A DNA stretch of 64,000 bases, taken from NCBI GenBank assembly GCA_973895155.1, contig OZ316892.1:5995878-6059877 (forward strand). Reading direction: 5' to 3'. The notes under the pieces were generated by a model. It ran no database searches. It was not told the origin of the DNA and saw only the letters and a program-made list of their open reading frames with translations. The DNA is from Marsupella aquatica (taxonomy: Eukaryota; Plantae; Marchantiophyta). The translations under genes and the position numbers were made by a program. Shown in pieces: positions 48,251 to 59,785 of this stretch (within the stretch, counting starts at the first letter, position 1; every line of letters begins with the position of its first letter).

Positions 48251-48514
48251 TCTTCAGGAATATACGTCAAATTGCGTGTTTTCGGGCCGTCATTTGACGA
48301 TTTGACGTGCCCGACAAGGCGTCAAGGTGCCTGTCAGATTAAACCGGGTAGCGGGGTGTAACAATTTACATGCAGCATAGATAGAAGTCGTCTATAAAGG
48401 TCTCCAAAATATATTGAATAAAATTTACGAAAGTTCTTAGGAGTACCTGATGGTTGCCTTCAATATGCTAGTCCAGAACGTGCCTGAAAAGGTGCTGGCC
48501 AAAAAGGTGCAATA

Positions 48515-49260
48515 TAGCATGCTCATCCTGGAACATGTTTTACTTTTTGTCTTGTAGTGATATTAAGTGGACAAAATTAAAGAGTAAGACTAGAATACAT
48601 ATTAAATGTGAATGAAATCAAATAATATAAATAAAGTACATGCAATAAAAGCACATAGTGACCAATGGAAAGTACAATTTCATTACACAAAGTTGCTATG
48701 AGTTGTGCACAATGAAATCAAATAATATAAATAAACCACATGCAATAAAAGCACATAGTGACCAATGAAAAGTACAATTCTATTACACAAAGATCCTACC
48801 AGTTGTGCACATATTTCAGTGTGTATTATTAATGACTCTTATTCAATAAAAACCATAAACTTAGGAAAGAAAGCCACAAGGGGAGCTTAAGACAGGATTT
48901 GCTGACATTTTTTAGAATCATTCCTCTCACTCATGAGTATACTTAAAAGGGGTAGAAAATGAAACCCTTAGTTTCTCTCTAGGACTTAACAAAGTTTACA
49001 AATTATACAAATTAAGGGGGCTGACAAAATAAATTTCAAACACTATAGAATACCAAAAATTTAAAGGGGTCCAAAAATGAATTAAAAGTCTATATGATAC
49101 AAAGAATGCCCCTTGTTAAGGTACATTCAAATAAAAATTCATGATACACAAATATGAATAAGACAAAACATGAGAGTTAATAAAAATTCATGATACACAA
49201 ATATGAATAAGACAAAACATGAGAGTTGGATTCACCATATAGCAGCTTCAAAAATATCAA
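48515..49260. repeat. AT-rich dispersed repeat, copy A (includes a 100-bp tandem duplication at 48611-48810)
   Basis: GCATG.TCATCCT.GAACATGT..GTCTTGTAGTGATAT and TGAATAAGACAAA..TGGATTCA.CATATAGCAGCTTCA also occur at 59230-59785. Confidence 0.65.
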
Positions 49261-50007
49261 GAAAGGGCTCAAGATTTGGTCTACGAGAAGGATTGGCTGC
49301 TATGAGAGTAAAGGTCGTCCAGAGAGTTGCATTGCATGCATAGTAGAGGCTAGAGGCCCAATGGTAAGTATCATCAGGAACGTGTGAGGTTGCCTTCAGC
49401 TCGTTGCCTTCAGCTGTGGCCTTCCTCTCTACTAGGATTGGGTGCTTGCGAGAGAACTTATGAAAAGCAGTTTGGCGAACGACGATCGGCCATGATAGCA
49501 ACGACCACTGTGCCATGTTCGGGGACCACCGTGCATGCTTGATGACGGCGTCCCCAGGCTTCCGCGATCATCATCGATTGCGAGTGACCTCCACTCCACA
49601 GTTCACAGTCAAGGTGGATCCAGTATAGGTTGAGGAAAAAGACCCCCACACTGAACGGGACAGTCCTAACACTACATTCCAGACTTCATTCCAGACTTCT
49701 GCAGAGGTACGCATGGGGCAGGGCAGAGTGCTGGGACCGAGACTAGCTTTACGTGCTGTAATGAAGAGCAGTTACTGCGATGACGGGAGTGTGGTGCTAC
49801 TTGCAAAGTCATTCCGGCTATAAGTTTCTACTGGGTGGACGTAAAGCAGGGGAGGATGTAGCCAATACGATGCTTCATGGGATGTTTTCAAGACAATTTT
49901 TGTCCATGCAGATAGTACCACCATGGAAGGTCGGCTAGTGCATGAACAGAATTGCCGATTACTGTACTTCATATACGTAAATCGGGACTTTATCATCTCT
50001 TGATAGG

Positions 50008-50164
50008 AGTGAGAGCACGAGCTTAGTATACTTGGTAATTCCAACCTGTCGATAATACTTCATATTCGATGAATTTAGGAAGATAGTGAGAGCACGAGCT
50101 TAGTATACTTGGTAATTCCAACCTGTCGATAATACTTCATATTCGATGAATTTAGGAAGATAGT
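50008..50164. repeat. Perfect 77-bp tandem duplication
   Basis: AGTGAGAGCACGAGCTTAG..TTTAGGAAGAT starts at 50008 and at 50085. Confidence 0.9.
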
Positions 50165-51059
50165 TTGGAGTACGATAGTTCCGTCTCTAAAGTCCGCTGT
50201 TCGAGTTCTCAACGTTGGAAAGCTGCACGAATTTATCCTCCCTACTTAATTTCTACTTCGTAATGCGCTATTCGAAGCAAAGTAACTACGGAATTCATCG
50301 CCATTTCAATAACAATTGGTGGAAACCGTCCAATGTTTGAAGAGTAGACTTTATTTACCAGCAGCACTTTCTTTGCGGTGCTCAATAACTGCAAACTGTC
50401 AAAACTTATTATTTTTATATTTTAGCAACTTCCTCACACTTGCGAATAGAATTCGAAGTGAAATTCACATTCCTGAGACACAGCATGAAGTGAAATTATA
50501 CTGGAACGAGAACTTTGCCTTGACAAAACTTTTATTCAACATATATGGAGCGAATATATACACTCTGGCCAGCAGTACGGAAAGAGGGCAGCGCAACAAT
50601 GCGCTACGCTTGCCAGCATTAATATTTGAAGTTTCATTCAATACGAATGAGGACCCCTCGTAGAACGGACAATTGATCGGAACAAGATCGTCGACGAACA
50701 GAAGCTTGTTGTTTAATCGGTCGGAGAGAGAAACCTTCCGATAACAACTCCAGAAAGAGATTTCTGCGGGTGAGACAGAAATACATCGTCGACAGATCTC
50801 AGGAATACTGAACCATAACTTTAACTTCGAAGGGAAGTCCCCTATTTATTGGTTACATCTCCACTGTAGGAATCAATATCTGTCTGAAGCTAACAACGTT
50901 AACTACAAATTAACATCGCGATGGCGTTGTCTTCAAATAGGGTACCGGCTCCATGTTCCAACCGAATCACGAACCCCGCTCCTGTATTTGAACCGTGTAC
51001 ACACAGCTCCAAATCGGAGAGCATCATCGAGTTGGTAGGAGCCACGACGAAGTGACGAT

Positions 51060-51931
51060 TTACATCGGGGCTGCGGCGGTGGCGATGAGACGGCGAGAAG
51101 CAATGAGCTGAGCACGCCTCTGCTCGCCGCAAAATTCGGAAAGAGTAAGACCTTCACCGGCAATGATGTTGCTGTAAATGTCGACCAGATTCACGCAGTT
51201 ATTTCTGCAGTCTTTGGAGCACATCTTGCTGATGAAAGCATGGGACGTCAGCTCGTCAGTGGAGAAACCAACGGTCATTCTCTCCACTCCGCAGGCTGCG
51301 ACGCACTCGTTGGACTCGATGTATTCAATTGGAGAATCTTCTCCGGCCTTCACGTTGGAGGTCTGCATGGCACGAGAAAACGTCAGCAGACAGCCTAGCG
51401 ACATCAATTTCTTAAGCCACGCACCCACACATTCCAGACTGCAGCAACAAATCAAGGGTCCGGCCACTGGTACAATTCACCGAAAATTAAACCATATGCA
51501 TGTTGCCCAGGGAATGAACGCAGCAGTAACAGGAACGCAGCAGTAATTGGACCCTAGGGGTCACTCTATGTACCGAATACCGAACGGCATGCTTAAGGCA
51601 AAGCATGCAAAGAGTAAGGTCCCCAGTTGAGAATCATTCATGAACAATCTTAGTACAACCAGAAAGTACTAACAGCTGATGACTTACTCCGTGTTACAAA
51701 ACGAGCCCATCATTCATAACACGCGGCAGGAGGAATAGTGATATGTACCTCGCAGACATAGAGGTCAGAACCGACAGTCTTTTCGAGGACACATCGGTGG
51801 CCGGAGTAGGAAACGGCGAAAGCGCACTCCTCAGCTGGGAGCATAGGGCATTCCAGCTGGAAATCAGCCTGAGCCAAAGGAACCACCACGAGGGCAACGA
51901 ATAGAGCCAAGATAGCGTGCTGGAAAGCCAT
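51060..51931 (-). CDS. PAR1 (photoassimilate-responsive) family secreted Cys-rich protein; exons 51931-51749 and 51362-51060; 161 aa
   Basis: Signal peptide; C..LP.EECAFAVSYSGHRCVLEK, EYIESNECVAACGVER.TVG.STD.L, CS..C.NNC.NLVDIY.N..AGEG; phase-0 GT-AG intron. Confidence 0.92.
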
Positions 51932-54900
51932 TGCTACGATTCGTGTGGGTTGCAAACACTGCCATAACAGGACCCATATTAGCCACGCGACTTCTAAACG
52001 GCATCATAACTTTAAAATTCTGCTACTGTCCACTCGACAACTACCTCTCGAAAAATCCAGCAGAGGCAGAGCAGATTCAGTTGACAATATTATCTAACGC
52101 TACAACATGCAGAAATTTTAAGCTCCCCCCTACACAAGACAGTGCAGCTTTTCAACTCTCGAACATCAATAATATATCCATTAGATGAACCTCCTCTCCA
52201 CCAGACTGTCGTCTGATGACGACCTCTCTCATCCTCATTGGTATTGGCTCACTTTGGTAGGATGTAACTTCTCGTAACAAAAATCGGCGTGCAGAAACAC
52301 AACGAGTCCAAGTAGACGTAAATTAGGAATGGAGCTCATCATGAGTTGAAGCCAGGAAACTGGCGTATCATATTGTGCTGTCATCCACTATTTTGAGTCT
52401 ACCCTGGCACGAAACAGAGGTACAAAGCCCCAAGTGATGCCTCAGCGCTGCAGCAAATTAACTTCAGACCCTCAATTATCATCCAACCCTCACTTCACTC
52501 GACGTATCTATCTGGAAGCAGGAAGCTGGAAGCAGGATATGTGACTCCACGCACTATAATCATCAATCTACTGCCCATCTGCCTGAGACTTGGCAACACA
52601 GATATCGACCATGAAAACGTATACATTAGGACGACTCTCTCTTCCGTTCGTAGAGTGAGAACAATCTGCGACTCCACGGGACAAAGTCAGCTTTGTGACA
52701 TGTCTTCCACGCGGCTTTGGCGACAGCGGATTCTATTATCAAGTGGTAGACTGTTTTGAAATCCTTCACCACACCATCCTATCCCGCAGACGACTTGATG
52801 TCCCGACCCAACTTCGAGATACCTATAAACTGGTGCGTCACAGAAATCCAGGATCCGCCTCGACTTCAAGGGAGAAGCACAACACACTACCAGCTGAGGG
52901 CAAGACTGTCACTAGACGCACGCCATAGAGAAGCCATTTTCTGTGATTCCTTACGCTAGATACACCCATATCCAGAGGCCATCCAGCGAAGAAGTCCACA
53001 GTCACTCCAAGTCCACCAAACCCAAGGACGCGAGACGCTTATCGATCACTCATCCCAGCGGATCTTCGCCAGGCCTCTGTTTCAAGTCCAGTACCTCAAG
53101 GCTCATGAGCTAACCTGAACTAATGTGCAATCCGTGTCCAACACCACCTCAAGGGACCTTTGAGCGAGAGCCGAACCAAACCGTAACACCAACTGCACTC
53201 AGCTAAACATTCACACTATCCACCAGTACACGTCCTATTCTACAATCACAAAAAACATCCTGTTGCCACGAGATTATTCTGTACAGCCGAGATTTACTTC
53301 AGTTTCAGCTCATCCCGTCCTCCTCACCTGTTGTAAAATACGCAGCAGACGATCTTCCGAGAAGGCAAATTCCTCGGTAAGCTGAAAAACCCTCGTGTTC
53401 TCGAGCTGACTGAAGAACCGAACGTGTAGCTGTTGCTGATCAAGCTTTCGTAGTTTCGGTTCCGTTGAGTAGAGTCGAGCAACAACTGGTGTGTTGCAAT
53501 GCGACTGCTTGAGGCTTCCGCTGGAGGCAGAGCGAGATATATGCTGTTTCGTTTGGGCCGCGAGTTCGGACTTCCGAACCTTTCGAACCTTTGGCCAGAG
53601 AGTCGTCGCCCTCCGCGCTGACACGTCCTGACATCGACCCTCGGCTGACACCACGCCGAGGGGACCCTACCGTCAAGCGCGGGACGGGACGGGGCGAAGC
53701 AGGACGGAAGGCCCCGTGCCAACCCGCCCCCACGAAGGCACGAACTGGCTCCCATGAACCGCCCCCGCCTGCGTCCTTCCCTTCGGGAGAACTGGGGACG
53801 TCACAGGCCGGGGACAGGGAGCCCCCGAGATGGTGTCAAGGCAGAGACTGGGCCGGGGGCGACGTGGTTGCCGGGGGCCTCGTCGGCGACGGGTCTTTCA
53901 CCCGTTTTACAACTACAGCGGATGTATTTAGGGTAGTTTATAAGGTTGTGTATTTTTCGCAAGGTGGCCCTTGAACAGAAAATGCTAAGAATATTTTATG
54001 TAGTTTCATAGTTTGCTTCGTTTATTGTCGGAGTGGTGCAGTAGATCTCCGTGAAGAGCTGGGGGTAACATTCGCATTCTGCTTAATTCATGGGTTTGGT
54101 CATATATAGCATGTTCCTCCTAATGCATGCCTGTTTTGTCTTATGGAATACTTCATTGTCTTAATTCATGGGTTTGGTGAGAAACCGGCTGATGGGAGAC
54201 AACGAGGTTGGTCAAAAGTGACATTTAATTTAGGGAAATATGCTGTGTATGGTAGAAGCAACAAAAATTATGATATTATTATGAACTGTTAATTCAATAA
54301 TTAATTAAAGATCACCCTTTCGCAAGTTCTGGAGTTCAAGTTCAGAAGCAACGTCCATTGTTGCCAAAAATGATACGATAGGCTTTTGTATCTCAAAATG
54401 ACCATAGCCAAACACCCTTTTCTGCTCATTCGGTACATGTAACAGCTACTAGTTGCGACAACAACCAGAGACAGACATCTTGAAGCAAGAAGGCCTCTCA
54501 ACTCTCCATGATTTTTTATGATACTACCTCGCAAAACATTCAAAGTGTCTATTCCATTGGAGTTTGAGGAAGATATTAGACCTATCCACAAAGCTGTGAC
54601 TATCTCAGGTATGTTTTGCAAAAAGCTTTCAATTTATGACCTATCTGCAAACTTGTTTAGCGAGGCATGATTGGTGACTCCTTCTTGACAGAAAGTGGCA
54701 CGACATGACAAAAGTAGCACTAAAGGAAAACTTTGCATTGGCAACCAAAGTCATGCAAAAAATTTCAAAAGTTGCACCAACACAAGCAGTATGCTCTTGG
54801 CGGGTTCCCTTTGTATTTTCAGGGCATTCTTGGAGAAGAACTCAGAGTCAAGATTTAGATCAACTCATTACGAAGCTTTTGCTCACTTCTACTAAAATTA

Positions 54901-57329
54901 GTACAAAGAAAAATCTCTTAAGCCTTTAGATTTATGAGGGTCATCTTGCATGTAAGCAGTCCTTTCTTTTGAGGGACTAAATTAGTACTGTACAATAAAA
55001 ATCGCATAGGCCTTCAATGTATTAGGGTCATCTGGCATGTAAGTGGCCCTTCTTTTGGGCCCAACTTCTCCGTAATCTGCTGCTGCTAGGTGTCACTGGG
55101 CTCAACTTTAGTGACCCTGTCTAATTTTGTTTCATTTAGATTTTACATGTCATGACTCTAAGGATGGATAGTATCGGACTCTCAGGATGGATGGTATCCG
55201 GCCCTTGGTTCTCCCTTATAAATGGAGTCAGGTCTGCCTGGCCAGGAGGTTCATGCATAAAATTCCCATGCAATGTTTCAATGTCATGGTTAAGTTAAGA
55301 GCCAGACATTGAAGGTCTTACCACATGCAAGACGGCCCTTAAGGTCTTCTTACCAGAGCATTACTGACAATAATAGTTACTCAAAACTCAAGTTGAAGTT
55401 CTCATTTGGCGGGGTATTATATTCCACTAGCCCCGACTACCCGTTCTTTGAACATAAATAGCAGAGAGTACAATACAAAATTATCAAAATATATTTTCTA
55501 TCCATATTCTTTGAAGGTAAATGAAATGATAAAAAAATTCATCATTTTAATAATCATATATAATATACTCTTCTCCTTTATGTGCACATGAGTATTTTTT
55601 AATGCACATATGTTGTGGTGGGGCCATAGTGCATATAGAAATTATCAAGGAAAACTGGTATGTACATACATCATGTCATGAGTTTCTCCCATGCACATGA
55701 TGGCCATAAAGTTACGGTCTAGAGGCTTCACTCTAGACCTAGGCTCTTAAAAGTAGACTTGAGTTGGTGCTTTAATAGTAAGATAATACCCCTGCAACAC
55801 ATGACATTACTTTAAACTATAAAATCACAAACTATTAAAATCACAAAGTTTGGACACTGAGTAACCCATAGAAATTCATAGTTCTCCAATTCTGAGTGAA
55901 AATGAGCCATATAAGGCTGATTGGGAAGCTTTTTTCAGATTGCTTCTAACAAGCCCAATACATCCTGTTTCTAGTGTATATTAAGGGTGATATTGAAGAT
56001 CAGAGCTTGCTGTTAAAACACTTTCAGAATCTCAAAGGGTGTCAATGAGTAAGGGTAGAGGGTGTCACAATCCATGGGGATTGTTTGGTCCACTTTGCAA
56101 TTTGTTGCCATTCTGGGTTTAGAAAGCATCATGCTTATTGCATTGATTATGTAAAACCCAATGTATATATGCTGTGTCTGTTTTGAGGAGGGGTTTTCCT
56201 TCATTTCGGAGTAGCTTATGAAAGCCACTCCAAACAAGGAGGACGTTGAGGACAGCTCACACCATTCTCATCATTGGACATGCAAATGAAAAGTTTGTTT
56301 GAATTCAACAAACTTATTCCGCATGCCTTTGGCATGGGGACAAGTTTTGTTGTGCTTCTAAAGTTTGTTTGAATTCAACAAACTCATTCAGCATGCCTTT
56401 GGCATGGAGACAAGTTTTTTTTTCCGAAAGAATGAGGACTAAACTTGCGAATACATTTTGAGCATGATTGATACTGGAAAATAGTTCATCCACTGTACAA
56501 CACAATTCAGTGTCTTTCTAGGTTTATTATGGCAAAGCAAGTGATCATGTAAGAATGTGGACAAAATAAATCTGTGTTTAACGGAAAATATATAGAACAC
56601 TGACAAAGAACTTAAAGAGTCAAACCAGGAGTCAGGATTGCAAAAGGCAGAAGAATCAATAAAGGAGAAGAAAAAAATAAGGGAAAACCTACTCAGACCC
56701 AAAACCAGAGTCTCCAACAACAGCAAAACTGAAGCCCAACTAAGCAACAAATTGAAAAACCCTTGGTCCATTTGCTTTAGTTTTGTTTCTTCTTTCTTGA
56801 TTGTTAGGGGTTTCCCTTTGCTCACTTCTTTTGAGTTTTATTTTTGTCCACTTTGGACGTCTTCCCTTGGTTCTTTTGTGCTATGTTTGGCCCTTTCTGT
56901 AACAAATTTATATTCACTTCTTGATAGAGCTCCAAACAAGCAAGCATTGAACACCCTGGTTACGGACCCCCATGAGAGGTCTCTTGCAAATTCCCTGCAA
57001 CGAGGTTGCACCACATCACCACAACCAGCCACAAACAGGAATGATCCTACTTTTAACAATAACAAACGTGCACATTTCTGTTTGTGGCAAAAGCAACGTA
57101 ATTTTTGGGGCGCCATGCCGTAAATATTGAACTTAAAAAAACCAAAATACAAAGGGAGATATGTCATTTAGTAAAATAAAGTTACCATTTTGATGTTTGT
57201 CAAAGATATATCAATGTTTTATATCAAAATGCTTGTATTTTTTAATTGTTTGCAAGCTTGAAAAAAGTAACCAACCAATAGAAATGTACATAGTTAAACC
57301 CCATTTGGCTTCACATTGTAAAACTAAAT

Positions 57330-57760
57330 AATCAATCTCCTTAGTACTTGATAAAATCTGTTAATGTTTGATTCATTGGAAAACTCAAGATCAAGATTTA
57401 GAATCTCGTGACCTCTTTAGTATTGTCTTGATAAAATCTCTCAATGTCACACTCATTGGAAAGTTAAAGTAAAATTAAAAACTCATCATCTCCTTAGTAC
57501 TTGACAAAATCTATCAATGTTAGGTTCATTGGAAAGCTAGAGAAATTAAGATACTCATGATCTCTCTAATTCTTGACGAATAATCTCAATGTTGACCACA
57601 CATTAGAAAGCTAGAGAGATTGAAAACCTCATGATCTCTTTAGTATCGTGACAAAATTTGACATAAAATTTGTCAATGTCGGACTCAATGTTGGAAAGCT
57701 AAAAGAATTCATGGACTCATGATCAATATTTCTTTTACTCACACTCATTGGAAAGGCAAA
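57330..57760. repeat. Degenerate ~70-bp tandem repeat
   Basis: CATTGGAAAG..CTCATGATCTC..TAGTACTTGACAAAATCT..CAATGT recurs about 5-6 times. Confidence 0.7.
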
Positions 57761-58054
57761 GAACAACATCACACCAAAACACATACAAGCCCCAAAATCT
57801 CCCCAAAGAATGGGACGACCACCAGCACTTGTAGTAGACTTTAGCAGAAACCATAAAAGGTTAAGTAGACTGCCATTGAAATGTGTGGCGCTGTGGCAAA
57901 GCAAACAGCCCGACTGGAATAATCATCACAGCAGAAAAAATAAATCCAGCTTTGGCTTTATCTCACCAATAGCGTTGCTTGGACACCCAGCTTTGACAGG
58001 TGCCAGGCGTGCAGCCAAACAACGCCAGGCTGCCCCTACCTTGTGGCCTGGGCT

Positions 58055-58770
58055 GGGCTGGGCTGTACCTTGTGTGTCGAAGGTGCTTTCTCAGCCCTCA
58101 ATTACTGTACCACGGAGACCGATTATATTTTGCTCTACTCTTCCCTCAATTACTGTATGACAGAGACCGATGATATTGAGGTCTACTACAGAACTTATCC
58201 CTCAATTACTGTGCTATACCTTGTGTGTCGAGTGCTTTTCTCTCCCCTCAATTAGTGGGCTATATACCTTGTGCGTCGAGTGCTTTTCTCACGCCTCTAT
58301 TACTAGGCTACACCTTGTGTGTCGAGTGCTTTTCTCACGCCTCTATTCTTGGGCTATACCTTGTGTGTCGAGTGCTTTTCTCACGCCTCCATTACTGTAC
58401 CACGGAGCCCGATGATATTGTGCTCCACTACTAATAATCCCTCTATTCTTGGGCTATACCTTGTGTGTCGAGTGCTTTTCTCACGCCTCCAGTACTGTAC
58501 CACGGAGACCGATGATATTGTGCTCCACTACTAATAATCCTTCAATTACTGGGCTATACCTTGTGCGTTGATTGCTTTTTCTCACCCCTCAATTACTGGG
58601 CTATACCTTGTGTGTGGAGTGCTTTTCTCACGCCTCCATTACTGGGCTATGCCTCGTGTGTCGAAGGTACTTTTCTCACCCCTCAACTACTGTACCACGG
58701 AGACCGATGATATATTGATATTGCACCTTTACTCATCCCTCAATTAATGTCCCATGGAGACCAATTATAT
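58055..58770. repeat. Composite minisatellite: ~46-bp unit A interspersed with ~54-bp unit B
   Basis: A = GGGCTATACCTTGTGTGTCGAGTGCTTTTCTCACGCCTC.ATTACT (~9 copies); B = GTACCACGGAGACCGATGATATTG.. (~5-6 copies). Confidence 0.9.
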
Positions 58771-59229
58771 GGCAGGAGGTCCATCTGTCCAAGATGTACA
58801 CTGTTTACAGTAATCCAATTTTTTTCAGCTTCATTGTCTGTTCTTTGAGGGTAACCAGAGGTGATACATGCTGCTTGCTATGCCATTTTCAAAGACTCCC
58901 CTCTCTCAAGAGATTGTTTTATCAGCCCTCAAGTAGGCCTTCACTCTCAGACATTGTTGCCCGCATTTGTTTTTGAAGGTGAACTCCAAGTTCATTCCAT
59001 TGGCCCTCACCTGACACGGTCTCATGTGACAAAAGTAACAGTTGACAGGAAACCAGTGACGGTGAACCTGGAATGCAATTCCTACAGACTGTTGTGCAGT
59101 CATTAAACAAATAAACAGCTAAACCCCTAAATTGCTATTCAGTGACCTGGTGAGTGTCACCCTTCCGTACACATGTGGTGCAACATGTTTCTTTGCAGCT
59201 TTGGGTCCTCCATTGTTCTAGCCCAGATA

Positions 59230-59785
59230 TTGCATGTTCATCCTCGAACATGTCTTCTTTTTTAGTCTTGTAGTGATATGTAATTAGTTTGAATTATTAT
59301 ATGCGCAAAGAAATAGGTATATATAAAGTATATGCCAAGAACTCACTTAATAAGAGTGAGTGACATAGTACACATGCAAAGAAAAGCACATTATGACCAA
59401 AAAAATACAAAAGTACTAAAGAGTCGTGCACATGCATTACAAAATTTCACTTGCTTCTAGGTAATGACAATAAACTCAATTAAAAACATAAATTTTGTAA
59501 AGGAAACCAAGAGAGTAACTTAGTACACCTGATGTGCAGATTGTTCAAACTCATTTCTCTTACTCTCATGAGAAAAATGATAATTCACTAAGGAGTATTG
59601 AAAAGGAAAGATTAAACATTTATGAGTGGAGCCAAATACATTAGAAGGTGTCCAAAAGTTAATTCAAAAGAAAATTAATAGAAATGATTCACCTAGTAAA
59701 GGCACATTAAAATCAAAATACTGAACACAAAATCTGAATAAGACAAACTATGAAAGGTGGATTCAACATATAGCAGCTTCATACT
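59230..59785. repeat. AT-rich dispersed repeat, copy B
   Basis: Colinear similarity to 48515-49260. Confidence 0.6.

Larger units (their letters stand above)
26123..48348. mobile_element. Large hAT-superfamily transposon, 22,226 bp (11,439 bp without the nested element), carrying kinase and RING cargo
   Basis: 8-bp TSD TAGCGGGG at 26115-26122 and 48349-48356; termini CCCGGTTT / AAACCGGG; GC-rich subterminal arrays at both ends; BED + DUF659 + hAT dimerisation transposase. Confidence 0.92.

Noticed and set aside
47683-48361. Gly/Arg/Pro-rich ORFs at the right hAT end
   Set aside because: Same repeat artefact
58055-58770. CRISPR-like repeat/spacer appearance
   Set aside because: The intervening segments are themselves repeats, the context is eukaryotic, and there are no cas genes
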